NCBI GenBank assembly: GCA_965202585.1
Contig: OZ241832.1
Location: forward strand, 45,012,001-45,076,000
Direction: 5' to 3'
Source of the DNA: Thalia democratica
Taxonomy: Eukaryota
DNA length: 64,000 bases
Shown: positions 23,101 through 34,269 of the stretch, one piece after another
Layout of the letters: the number at the start of each line of letters is the position of its first letter
Position numbering within the stretch: the first letter of the stretch is position 1
Notes under the pieces: model-generated
Told to the model about the DNA's origin: nothing
Database searches by the model: none
The model's input: only the letters and a program-made list of their open reading frames with translations
Program-made: the position numbers and the translations under genes

Positions 23101-26100
23101 GTTGGATATTTTCTGCTGGTGTGTACGGGTTTGATTTCTATGTTGTACTTTTGAAAAACCGATTTTATACGCTTTTGGAACTTCAATGAGGGATTACCTA
23201 CTTAAACTGTTATGAAAAAAAGAGTTTTAGTTTTCTTGATTTGACTTGTTTATGCTTTGGTTATTTGATTTATTTTTACGTAATGTTGTCAACTTTGTAT
23301 TCTTCTAAAAACTTATCGATTTTAATTTCTATCAACTGTTTAGGATATTGATTCTTTAAAAGTAAATTTTTGATTCTAAAGAGTTTTTCTTTAAATGTCA
23401 AAAAATTAGAACTAATGTTTAGTGCTCTGTTTAAATAAAAAAATATTAACCTTAGTTTCCAAGCTTTTGGACAAGTAACTGTGTATTGCATAAATAAATT
23501 ATTGTCTGTTGGATTTCTATATACAATGGTTTGTAGTTGATTTTAAATCTCTTTTATTCTTGTGTCACGAAAAAATAGTTTATTTTCGTTGGGTCTTTCT
23601 AGGGTGAACTGCAGATTAGGGCGTATTGTATTCATTTTATTGTAAAAGGTATCTAAATAATGGTTGTTTTCCATAAGGACAAGTATGTCATCTACGTATC
23701 ATGTGTAGAAAATAGGTTATGTTTTAATACTGTCTTTTAATTGGGTGTTTTCTTTGATTGTTATAAACCAATTTGCTAAAAGATTTAGTAAGCACTTTTA
23801 CTATCTACAGTTATTAACATTTTAAATCTAAAATATTGTTTACGTCATAATATTTTAAGTTAAAAACTTATTGCAAAATTAATTACTAACTCGTTTTTCA
23901 CTCTTGATAAAGTTTTATGGAAGTAAGACGAAAAGCTTCGAATTAACAAGGAATAAAGCTATGTTACTCTTTAGTTGCAAATTATATTTATTTACGACGA
24001 AAATCCATCCAAGAATTATTAAAATAATAATAAAAAGTTACCGCTCAATGGTAAGGTCTAGGGGTAACATTGGTAGTATTAAACGATAGAAACAAAATAT
24101 ATATATATATATATAAAGTAAACCGACCAAGGGTTAGGGGTAATAGTAATATCAAGAAAAAAAACGATAATAATAAGAAAAAAAAAATACTAAGTAAGAG
24201 TAAGGGCTAGGGGTAACAGTGATATAGTAAGGAAATAAAAAGTATTATAAGTACTGATAAAAATTAAATAAAAAAAAGTTTCAACCCCTGCAAAACAATC
24301 TTCGTGCAAAAAAATTCCTCATGCATATTTGACACTTACCCATTCCTAATAGTATAAAGTAGACTTAAGAAGTGTTAAAATAATATAAAGTAGTATTATG
24401 AGTTAGTTTGGTCTACAATATAGATACATATAGTTAGCTTTAAAAAGGTCTTTTCACCTAGAAACCTTTAAGTAGTTACTATTTAGCTTAGGCTTGTAAA
24501 CAAAATAAATGTTTTTTTAAAGCAGTTGTTAACAGGCTTTAAAAAGTAAAGGGTCGGATACGGATTTACAAGAAAACGTACTTTGCAAGCCGCCATAACT
24601 TTGAAAACCTATAAATCAGGGCTTCCAAACTCATTTTCCTTTCGCCCACTTAACAGAAAATAAAATATATCCCTTTTAATCAGATATCGCTGAATTAAAA
24701 TAAATATTTGTTGGGTAATCAAATGCTTATTTATAATTGAATAAAGAGCACATTTGTAAATTTTCGTACAAAAAACTTGAATTTTGAAAAAATTTTTTTA
24801 AATAAGTCGCAGGCCAGATAAAATAGAAATAAATAATTTTAATATACTCATAAGTATATTGTATCAGTTTTTCATAGTTTATGTACACGTTTTGTTTAGC
24901 TCCTAATATGTCTGCTAAAATACAATATTTTTAATACAATTCGAATTTTGGTCAAGCTTATTTTAGTATAGCTAATAAGTGATGTTTATTCTTAAAATTG
25001 AAAAAAAAAAACAATTTCAATAGCGGAAAAATGTTATAGAAAATAACCTTTTATTTTAGACGGTAGTGAAAATAATGTGATTTGTCTACGTTTTTATTTG
25101 CGTATTTAAATTTTCGTAAACGGATATATGTTATTGTAAAGATGAAAAAAAAATTTGTACATAAAAAAAGATAAACTTTCTTTGCTTTTAAAGTAAAATA
25201 GACAACGTTTTGAAAGCACTGGCATTCGGCAGTTATGTGGTGAGCTTAACATTTTGAAATAATTCAGAACGTTTCTTTAAGAGATGTAGTCCGTTTGTTC
25301 TTAAGTTTTAAGTATGTCCTTATTAGCTTGTTAAACTGTATATTTGTGCTCATTTTTATTGTTATAAGTTTTGTAATAGTTATGTAGTGATCATTTTTTC
25401 CGTGTTGTTTAGTTTGTAAATTAAATAAGTCTTACAATTTGTATATTAATTTAATCTTCTATATCCAACACCCACATATATCCCCATTTATCTAACTCGT
25501 ATGTACTAATATACGTTACATTAGCATACCAGAAAAACGTAAAACCTCATTGAAATCAATCCTTTTTAATATCAGCTTACAGCTGCAACACTTAACAACA
25601 GTAAAAATACCATAAGGTATATTAATGCTTTGTTATTTAGTACGCTGTAGTTTTAAATTCATAGCAAGTTATAAGAAAACAAAGTAAATATGTAATTGAA
25701 TTTTTTTACATGAAACTATTACTTACGATTGGTATTCTGCCAGTTTATAACGAGGCAAGTTTTCTTTTGGAATTAATTCGATAGACTTTTTGTAATAGTT
25801 TTTGACTTTGATCTAAAAAAAAAACTAATAATGAGTTGTTCAAAATTCATTTCAAACACGTAATGTTTTATTACAATTTCTTGGTCGGTCTTTAAAAAGT
25901 TTTCATATGTTGATGCCAAAGATAAAAGAAACTTTCCTTTTACTTCACTTTCTGACTTTTGCACTGAACTTTTAAAATAGGTAATTGATTTATGTTCTTC
26001 TTTTAAATTGTTTAGAAATAATTTTCCTTTTTCATATTGGAGGTGGCTATCATTTGAAAAATCACGATTGATCGTACAGCTAAAAAGTTTAAGTCGTAAA

Positions 26101-29100
26101 GTTAATTTTATTAAATCTTAATTTAGTAAATTTGAGTAAAGTTGATTTAAAACCAGAAAATATGATAACTTCATTGAGCACAACCATTATTCATAATGTT
26201 CAAAACAATCATTACTTAGTTTTATGTACATTTCATACACATAAAATTTTCTATTTTTTAAAATTAAACAAAAATGTTAAGACCTTTATGCTTTCCTTAT
26301 AATTTATTTTTTGCTAAACAGTTTTTGATGGTAAGCGCAAGTCTGTTGTATTTTTGAGTTAATTTAAATATAATAATAGTAACTTTTTGTTAGGAATTTG
26401 TTTTGTGAATTACATGCTTCTTATAAAACGCTGTTTTTATAGTATGTTACAGCACTAAACTTATAATTAAATTAACTCGCTTATTTTATTTAAAAACTTT
26501 AAAAATGTTAGGCTAAAGTTATTTTCTAAGTTCTATATACAAGTATTAATTCACAGTATTCCAAACTATCCTTTTAAAACTTACTAAGAGCTCAAAGAGT
26601 AAAGTAAAACCCGAGCTGCTAAATAACATTATACTTTAAAATTTTCCTTTATTGCTTGTATGCTTCTCTTAAAACGATATTTTTGTAGTATGTTACAGCA
26701 CTAAGTTTAAAAATAATTGAACTTGCTTATTTAATTTTAAAATTAAACAAACTGTTAGGCTAAAGTTATATTCTAAGTTCTAACATAGAAGTTTTAATTT
26801 GCAATATGCTAGATTATCCTTTTAAAATTTACTAAGAGCTCAATGAGTAAAGTTAAAAGCTAAATAGTAAATTTCATTAAACTTAAAAGTTTACTTGTAT
26901 AAGACACTTAAATTTTAAACTAAAAATTTTATGTTAGTCAACTTTAAATTTTTATTTCAACTGAAAGAAATAAAGAAAGAATTGTTTTATTATTTTTATC
27001 TTATACTTTTATTTGCACTAAAACAACATTTTAAGACTACATTCAAAGTGTAAATACTTGATAAATTTAGGAAGTTTTAAGATGTAAAATTTATATCTAT
27101 CAAATTTTATCCTTTGAAGTATTGTACTTAAGTTTTAAAAGCTACTTTAATTTAAATGTTAAAAGTTTTTTATTGAAATTATGTTTTCTTACTTAATTGC
27201 AGATTCTCTTGATACCCATTCTAAAGACCTTATATTTGATAAACGTAGCTGTTGTAGTATCAAAATTATCAAAATGAATTTTGAAAAAACACTTGTTATC
27301 TCTGTAAATTAAATTAAAAGCTAATTATTAATGATATATGAGCTGCAAAATATTATTTTAAATTAAGTTTTAAGAATAAAAGTAATAATAATAACTATAC
27401 TGTTAATGATTAAATTATAATATTAATAACAACTTGATAATTCCTTAAAAAACTATTTTTTGTAAACAAAAACTTTTAAGTATTTTAAATCAATCCATGT
27501 CAATTCCTATCAAAAATTTATAAAAAAAATAACTTAACTTTTCATAAAAAATCTTGTACAATATTGAATGGGGAATTTTGTAATCTAAGAAATAAGTTGA
27601 TATACAAAGAAAAAAGTAATAAAAAAATAACTTTCAAACGTTGTCAGTAGACGAGCGAGAACTATACTAAAGCCAAGACAAGACACATACAGTCCTACTA
27701 CTGATGCTGAAGATGTTATTTTAATGGATAAAATCAAAGGAGCAAATAAAAGAATCAATCCATATGTTATTACTTTCTATAAAAATAATTTAAAGATAAG
27801 GTACTTTTCTTTGAATATTTATACAAAAAACTTACTGAGTTTTTTCCTGAAGCACTAAGAAGCAATACTAATGCGACCACCATAATATTGATCAAAGATA
27901 CACTTTCATTTAGTTCTTCAAAAGTCAATTGTAGATAAGGAAAGTTTTTGTGGACTAGCATTGTCTTAATAACTGATAATGTTTGCTTTAAGGTTTTAAA
28001 CAAAGGATTAAAACAAAAGTTTACAGTAGAATAGCTTGTATAACTATAAGCAAACCAGGACACAAAGCTGAAAGCAATAGGAACCTGTTAAATTCATGTA
28101 AATAAAAAAGAATTCCATAAAAATTATTACAATTTAATTTAGTAAAGTTATCAGTTACTTTAACTTAAGTTTAAAGTACTTTAGATTTTTGTGTAATTGA
28201 TGACTTGTTTAAATAACTTTAACAACTTTGATTTAAGATATAAAAAAGAGTTTAAGTAGGATTTTTTTCGGCTATTAAATAGATATTAAAATATATTTTT
28301 ACAGTAAGATCTGTTTTTAGTCCTAAAGGTAAAGACCATATGTCTAACAAACATAAAAATTGCGTGGTTTAAACGTTTGAATGCTGTTGCACAAACAGTT
28401 ATATTGTTCAAAACTCTAGGCATCTTGAAGCCGGAATTAAAGAGCACATTCCAAAGTGTGTTAGAGTACGTATTTAAAATCAGTCAAAGAAAATTAGTAT
28501 AGCAACTTCAAATGCAATAAATAGGTCTTCAATAGAACATTTAGTTCAAAATCTAGTTTGTGGAAGAAGTTATGATGAAACAAAATTTAAAATATTAAGA
28601 ACTTGTAACATTATTTTCAACCTGGTCAAAACTAAAGGCATATTCATTCATTTAAAACAAAGTTATGTAAGCAGAAAGAATTTGATTATTCATTATCCTT
28701 GTTTAGTTAACTAGTGATCTCATGTTGTATTTAGTTATGTTTTTTTAGAATTTTCATTACTTTTCTATTTTGTATTTTTTGCTTGATTAATTTATTTCTG
28801 ATGTAACTATAAAGCTATGTAAGTTTAAAGTCTTCTTTACTTTGTTGCAAATGTATCACACTGATAGAAATTTCTTGAAATATGCTTGTGTTGAATAAAA
28901 GACCTTGTTTGTTTTTAATCAAGTACAATAGCAAAATAATTTTAAAAATCTTCTAAAAATATGCATATAAAATTTTTATGTTGTGTTATTTAAGCTAATG
29001 TTACACTGGTAGATGCTATATAAATAACGCTAAGAAAAATTATTTATACTGTTTTACATGTGTTTCCAGTTTAATATCTGATCATAAAACTTATATGTAC

Positions 29101-32100
29101 GTAAAATATTATTTAAGCATATACATATATGCTTAGAAACAGAAATAGGATGTTAAATACGAAAAATCTTGACAAGAAAACTCCCTTAAAAAAGCTAAAG
29201 CAATCGTTTTTGCACGCAAATGCTTTATTCAACTTAGGACATTTAGCTGCTATAAAACATTAACAGCTTAAAATATTTGTAAATATTGTAACCTATATAT
29301 ATAGACAGAAGGTTTTATATGTAGGTTACGTTATGATAACGTGTTTCTATTATTTTTTCATTGTTAATTCGTAACAAAAACCTTTTTTAATTTTACTACA
29401 CATTATATTATTTTCTGTAACGTTCAGAGATAATTTGTTAAAAATGTTTTATTTTTAGTTAGTTTTGTATAACTAACTAAGAACTAAACCAACATTATTG
29501 TTTACTGTTAAAATCTATTTAGATAGAAATTTAATTCGTCTTTATTATTTTATGAATTTATTTTCATTATTGTAGATTTTCATTCTTGATTTGTTTTAGT
29601 ATGATTTTTAAATTTATGTTTATTAATTTTGTAATTACAGTAAACATTAATGTTATTTTTGCTTGTAGTTGAATATAAATTCGAGTTTTTCACTCAATTG
29701 TTACATAATTCTATTTATTTTTAATGTTTTTAATAACACAATTTTGTTTCAGTTTATTCTTACTAGGTATTGTATTGATAGTCTTAGTGGAAAAATATTA
29801 GAGTTAATATATTTTTCAATCTTTTTGTTTATGTTTTTAATGTATAACTATCAGTTTTGAGTCTTTGATTTAAATAGTTTAATAAAATTGGTAATCATTT
29901 ATATCTTAAATAAATGTATACTAGAACACTAGGTTGCTTTTTTAAAGTAACTTCTTAGTTAATAATTTTTAGTTTAATATTTATACTATGCGCGCCAAAT
30001 CTTCGCCCCAAACAGATCTATTAGTTTATAAAATACTTGTAAAAAACAACTAAATTTAAGCATTTTTGTAATAAACATTTACAAATATACTTTTAATTTA
30101 ATTATTTTTAAATGGAAAGTGCTATTTTAAAGATCATTTAAATACAATATTGTTGTTGATTAGATTTTTTTTGTTTTTACATTCAAATTTTCAAAAATAC
30201 ATAGACTTGCAAAAAAAATTTCAAACAGAACTAGTCGGCAAAAGTTTCTTTATAAAAAAATTACTTCTGGAAAGTTGCCGATTTTAGCTTTAGAAATTTT
30301 TGTTTTCAATTATTGCATTCTCTTTTTAATTATAAAAGTATGTATTTATAGATAGATAAACTTAGTATATACATCAGATTTTACTTAGTTTTATTTTATT
30401 TTTTATGATATATGTTATAATTTTTAAAGACTCCATAGAGCTTTTTATAACATATTGGCATGGAAAATGTAAAGTTGAATTATATATTTTCATAAAAAAA
30501 AAATTGTTATTTTTTAAACTTTAAGCCATTTATAGTTATTCAAAGAACTGTATTTAAACTTATATATTCTTGAACAAATACGAACTACTGTGTATTTATT
30601 TTTCTTAACTAAATATAACTTTTTTTTTTAATCTTATAAATGTAGAAAAAAAAACTGTAGTATCAAACAGAAAAAATGTATTATTAAGAAAGTACAATTA
30701 TTAGTATTTTACCAAAAAATCTTTCATTACTAACCTTTACGATAATATCAAGACTTTTCAAGTCGAAAATTTTTGAAACTGAATAGATACAGATGGCAGT
30801 CACAATAAAGATCAATGCTGAAAGTTGAAGACAAAAGGTTTTAATTTTTAAACAAAAAACAGTTATACCGCTTTAAAACTAACAGTAAAAATTATTTCGT
30901 TTTTATGACAATTTAAATCACGACATTTCAAATTCTTATAGCTCATAATTTTCAAGTAGCCATATTTCGAAAAAAAGTTTTAAGATAAAAAAAAGTGAAT
31001 TTAAAAGTCCAACTAATAAAAACTATAGAAGTATCATTTTTTTCTTATAAATAATAATACACAATCACTCGAGTTATTAGAGTTTGAAATGGTGGAATTT
31101 GTCTTATCAGAAATTTGAATGTGGTGCACCTAACTTTTTGCGCATTGCGTTCTACTTTGGTGAGAGTTTTTCATAACATGGATGTACTTTTTGCAGTAAG
31201 TTTTTCTTTTATTTTAACTTTAAATATTACGTTAAAATGAAACAGTTTGATTTACTTATTTATTAACTTTAAAAATTTTAAAAACTTAGGTTTTAATAGA
31301 CTAAGTATTTTTTTTTTTAAAAGGGTTTACTGGTGCATGTACTACTCCTTCAATTTTAACCGACTTTATTTACAAACTTAGCGAACATTAGCTGTTTTGT
31401 TCTTTATTTCTTCAATACTTGTGTCTAACTTGTAATTGATTTTTAACTGTTAACCAACATTTAATATTTACTAGCAATAACTTCAAGTTTATTAAAAATA
31501 GTTAATTATAACTTTTTTACTTCTTGTTACAAGCTTGTGAATAGTTTTGTTCAATTTTAAAATTTTACAAATATTTAGTCCTGGACAAGACGTTAAATTT
31601 TATCCGTGTTAATAACCGAAAGGTTCTTCGTGCACCAGGTCCCAGGACCAAAAATTTTGAGCGTTTTTTTTTTTTTTGTAGTTCAAATAAACTATATATA
31701 GTGTTTACTAACACTGCGTTTTACGTGTTTTTTTCAGATTTATAACACTGATAAGCCTATTTAGCAAGAAAATTGCTTGTAAAATACTTTTAAAAATTAC
31801 CTTAACAAATAAAAATTATTTTATGTTTAATATTATTTTTATGAATACTTACTTTTGTTTGTATTATAATGACAAAATTCTTAAAATAGTTATAGACGCT
31901 TACTTTATTTTTATTTTTTAATTATTCTAAGAGCAGCAATTTAAAATAATTTATAGTCAGCAAATAAGGTCAGTTCATCCCATTATAAAGTTTTCCGCAA
32001 AAAATATCAAAAAGTCTAACGTTTCAAAACTAACAAGCTTATATTAAAGTAGGCCTGGTTTACTTACCGCTACACTAAATGAAATGCATATTTATATATA

Positions 32101-34269
32101 AATTAAAATATAGTAGACAAAAGAAATTTTATAGATTGAACTAGAAAAATATAAACTAAATTATCTAACCTATTTTAGTTTGAGTAACCGTTAAAAATTT
32201 GTTCACAGGAAATTAGTTAAACGAATATAAAAATTATTAACATAAAATGTGTACTTATAATTTTATACAAACTAACAATTGGTTTGATGCAGCTGTAAAA
32301 GTACAAATATTAGAGGAATCAAGTAGACGGTTTTGCAATTCGGTTTAGTCATTTCACACAGTAAAGTCTTAAAAGTTAAGCAACCTATCAGAAGTGAAGT
32401 CCCTGTAATGTCGCACACCTGCTCATATTAAGTACTTATTAATTATTTCAAAAGGTTTTTAATCAGAAGTATTATATATTCTAGAACCATTTAAGTTTCT
32501 TCATACTGTTATCTTTTTTCTCTTTTTATATAGTACTGTTGTATTATACACGTCTTACTTTTATACATCAACAGTGTAGTGCAAAACAAAGAAACCTTTT
32601 TTTTTATCTTACAACCAAAATTTTAAAAACATTTCTATCAACAATGGTAAAACGTGATTACATTACTTATATAGAAAAATAAATCAACTTATTTTTATTA
32701 TACTATGTAATAATTATGCTCCATAATTTTTACAGCTAAAATGACACACTCTGAAAGGGACCCTGTTTCAAAAAAAACTTTAATAGTTGCTAGTTTTTTT
32801 TTTCAGTTATTAAACTTGTTATATTATATCAAGTTTAATAACTGAAAAAAAAAACTAGCAACTATTAAAGTTTTTTTTGAAATCAATTAATCAGGTTCTT
32901 TATAACGAAAATTGCTATTATAGCTAGAAAAATAAGAAAAAAAACCACTATTTAAAATTAGACAGTTGTAGAAAACTTATTTTTGACTGTTATTATGCCT
33001 TTAAATATTGATAAATAATTAACACTCGTTTTCAGCAAAAATAAATAACTAACAATTCTACGAGTAAACAAAAAAACTTATTTAACAAGTATGCAATTAT
33101 CTATATAATTTGTTTTTTTTTGTCACAGAGTTACTCGTTTTTTAAACAAAATGATTATTTATAAAAACGTAAAATAGTTTTTCGAAAAAAAATGAAAATG
33201 TTTCCGAAGTACCCGTAATACCTAGGCATAAATTATTTAAAGCAATATAAAAAACACTTATTTCAAAGTATCAATTTTATTATAAATTTAAAATTAATAA
33301 ATGAAAATAATATGTTCATTATTTTAAGTTTAAAATAAATCTTAGTTTGATCGAATTACAGCTTATAAAAACTTATTTTTATTTTTACATGTTGAAAAGT
33401 TTATTAGCTTTAGTTTATTTTTTTAGTTATATTCTAATCCTAGAGCTTGTTTTTTTCAACTAAAGTTAGGGGTTATTAAAAAACAAAAAACTTACTAGCT
33501 CACAGTGAACTGGGTGACTACTAAAAATCATTGAAGCATATAAAGAAAATGTAGAAGATAGCTTGAGTGAAAAGCAAAAATAGTAAAAGCTGATACAGCA
33601 CATTGTACGAACTAGTGCATTTGTCAAGATATAATACAAGTGTTTGTATTCAATCATATCCTGTAGTAGCCTGTAATTTTAAGTAAAGATTAAAAAAAAA
33701 TCGTTTTATAATAATTAGTTAAGAGTAAAAGTCAAAAAATAAAACAAACCAACGAATTCGAACCATTACAGTGTTACAAGTTTAAGGTTACTATTTTGTA
33801 GTTGTAACTCTTGTTAGCATTAATGTTTATCAAAAAAAAAGAAAATATGCAAATATTTTGAAAAAATATAAACAAAATTATTCAATACAAATTCTAATAA
33901 AAACTACTTGAAAAGTTTCACAGTAAATACTGAGTGGTCTTTTAACTCATTGTAAACAGGAATTCCACGTACAACAACATAATCTCCACTAAACCTGTAT
34001 TCATTCTGTAGAAACCACAAAACTTAAATCTAATATTTAGTCAAACTTTTGAATATTGTTTTTTTAGATTTTTTGAAGTATACAGAATGTTCTAATATAC
34101 TTTTAGTAAGATGCTAGTTTTTTTTTAACAGAAAAAAATGATTAATTCTCACCTGAAAAGCTCTATCTACAATTTTAGCACCAAATATCTTATAAAGTAA
34201 AGATAAATGAGCTACAAAAGACAAACAAACAATTAAATAAAAGTGAACATATGAAGTTTTTTTATTCAT
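11071..34269 (-). CDS. Divergent TMTC-like transmembrane + TPR protein, 18 coding exons, ~864 aa (hand-built model)
   Basis: GT-AG exons with consistent phases: 34269-34153, 34005-33908, 33670-33496, 32418-32277, 30817-30735, 28423-28349, 28084-27836, 27776-27632, 27301-27193, 26079-25875, 25812-25727, 25582-25530, 20460-20110, 19493-19391, 19333-19189, 18649-18497, 15764-15558, 11169-11071. Total 2595 nt, ATG to TAG, no internal stop. Hydrophobic segments in exons 1-9 with TMTC-like motifs in family order (YILTNALVR, FSSHPVHCELV, FNP, RSLEW). TPR-like helices afterwards (YYKKSIELIPKEN, HLKKAVELDPNN). Confidence 0.8.
12260..15251 (+). mobile_element. 5'-truncated decayed Ty3/Gypsy element 2 (RT end, RNase H, integrase, PPT, short LTR), in the last intron of the TMTC-like gene
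   Basis: YTRRYDEII..KCVDE (RT); DWSTTG and SRYAAVEGE (RH); LHSAH..G and PVEISSDGGSEF..YHPMSNSRAELAVK (INT); PPT GGGGGAGA 15132-15139; TGT...CA segment 15140-15251 with AATAAA. Confidence 0.88.
15558..15764 (-). CDS. TMTC-like exon 17
   Basis: tttag| acceptor, |GTAAGT donor; phase 0->0; overlaps ORF 15549..15746. Confidence 0.8.
16150..17250 (+). mobile_element. CR1/L2-type LINE RT C-terminal remnant
   Basis: ELRKVSDWLMVNKLKLNRNKT (~16455), YKYSGIIIDRSLN (~16615), VRYGSLCW (~16780); frameshifted. Confidence 0.75.
18264..18330 (+). repeat. Dispersed ~70-bp repeat (also 31612-31670 + and 61826-61895 -)
   Basis: ATAACCGAAAGGTTCTTYGTGCACCAGGTCYYAGGACCAAA..TTTTGAGCG in three copies. Confidence 0.75.
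18497..18649 (-). CDS. TMTC-like exon 16
   Basis: ttttag| acceptor, aag|GTAAAT donor; phase 0->0; overlaps ORF 18428..18622. Confidence 0.8.
19189..19333 (-). CDS. TMTC-like exon 15
   Basis: follows a 57-bp intron; |GTATTT donor; phase 2->0. Confidence 0.8.
19391..19493 (-). CDS. TMTC-like exon 14
   Basis: ttacag| acceptor, |GTATTC donor; phase 1->2. Confidence 0.8.
20110..20460 (-). CDS. TMTC-like exon 13 (alternative acceptors at 20437 and 20415)
   Basis: T-rich tract then aaaag| at 20460 (phase 1); donor g|GTTTGA; coincides with ORF 20054..20446. Confidence 0.75.
20583..22286. mobile_element. Non-autonomous hAT element with CCGGATCCGG subterminal arrays and a transposase C-terminal remnant
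   Basis: TIR TAGTGATGTACCGGA...TCCGGTACATCACTA; perfect 8-bp TSD GTTATAAC (20575-20582, 22287-22294); internal minus-strand ELREYL...FFKLN...VLCIA*SN..ERF resembles a hAT dimerisation domain. Confidence 0.85.
22501..23995 (-). mobile_element. 5'-truncated Penelope-like element with inverted pseudo-LTRs
   Basis: RT YVDDILV (~23695), thumb RLIFFYLNRALNISS, GIY-YIG VIYKYTC...YVGETSR (~22990-23060); 22501-22720 is inverted at 23775-23995. Confidence 0.88.
23899..23944 (+). ncRNA. Hammerhead ribozyme, U3-A8 variant (inverted copy at 22551-22596)
   Basis: UUGAUAA-A-[GUUUU/AAGAC]-GAAA-AGCU-UC; palindromic short stem III; lies in a PLE pseudo-LTR. Confidence 0.55.
25530..25582 (-). CDS. TMTC-like exon 12
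   Basis: ttgcag| acceptor, |GTATGC donor; phase 2->1. Confidence 0.65.
25727..25812 (-). CDS. TMTC-like exon 11 (TPR-like)
   Basis: follows a 62-bp intron; |GTAAGT donor; phase 0->2; NYYKKSIELIPKENLPRYKLAEY. Confidence 0.8.
25875..26079 (-). CDS. TMTC-like exon 10
   Basis: tttag| acceptor, |GTAATA donor; phase 2->0; overlaps ORF 25773..25964. Confidence 0.8.
27193..27301 (-). CDS. TMTC-like exon 9
   Basis: ttacag| acceptor, |GTAAGA donor; phase 1->2; last TM then RSLEWVSRES. Confidence 0.8.
27632..27776 (-). CDS. TMTC-like exon 8
   Basis: follows a 59-bp intron; phase 0->1; YGLILLFAPLIL...LYVSCLGFSIVLARLL. Confidence 0.8.
27836..28084 (-). CDS. TMTC-like exon 7
   Basis: taacag| acceptor, |GTAAGT donor; phase 0->0; matches ORF 27770..28063; two hydrophobic stretches. 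Confidence 0.8.
28349..28423 (-). CDS. TMTC-like exon 6 (boundaries least certain)
   Basis: ttcaag| acceptor, |GTTAGA donor; phase 0->0; MPRVLNNITVCATAFKRLNHAIFMF. Confidence 0.55.
30735..30817 (-). CDS. TMTC-like exon 5
   Basis: pyrimidine-rich tttcag| acceptor, aag|GTTAGT donor; phase 1->0; LIFIVTAICIY. Confidence 0.7.
32277..32418 (-). CDS. TMTC-like exon 4
   Basis: gcag| acceptor, |GTTAGT donor; phase 0->1; VCDITGTSLLIGCLTF...YLIPLIFVLL. Confidence 0.75.
32766..32882. repeat. Perfect inverted repeat, 53-bp arms and 11-nt loop
   Basis: 32766-32818 is the exact reverse complement of 32830-32882, including the homopolymer lengths. Confidence 0.92.
33496..33670 (-). CDS. TMTC-like exon 3
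   Basis: ttacag| acceptor, |GTAAGT donor; phase 2->0; ends FSSHPVHCEL, resembling TMTC FAxHPxHTEAV. Confidence 0.85.
33908..34005 (-). CDS. TMTC-like exon 2
   Basis: ctacag| acceptor, |GTAGTT donor; phase 0->2; NEYRFSG...DHSVFTVKLF. Confidence 0.8.
34153..34269 (-). CDS. TMTC-like exon 1 (MNKKTSYVHFYLIVCLSFVAHLSLLYKIFGAKIVDRAFQ)
   Basis: ATG at 34269; donor cag|GTGAGA; phase 0; first TM segment. Confidence 0.75.

Larger units (their letters stand above)
22352..24342. mobile_element. Second TGCACGAG-family MITE, split by a Penelope-like insertion
   Basis: Left half 22352-22500 and right half ~24090-24342 (ending TGACACTTACCCA) match the 3368-3788 element. Confidence 0.7.

Noticed and set aside
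25578-25637. Alternative exon VLNNKALIYLMVFLLLLSVAA
   Set aside because: It ends in phase 0 with no good downstream match. The overlapping 25582-25530 exon has a better acceptor and fits both neighbours.
29125-29249. Hydrophobic open segment (FFKGVFLSRFFVFNILFLFLSIY) as an extra TMTC-like exon
   Set aside because: It needs phase 1, but the strong exon-5 donor is phase 0 and joins 28423 directly with family-like spacing. It is possible only as a minor variant via weaker donors at 30731 or 30713.
31080-31196. Plus-strand exon-like segment (SLKWWNLSYQ...) with AG/GTAAGT borders
   Set aside because: All three frames are closed before the donor, and no partner exons were found.
31612-31630. AACCGAAAGGTT resembling part of tRNA-Asn
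   Set aside because: There is no cloverleaf or A/B box; it is part of the dispersed 70-bp repeat.
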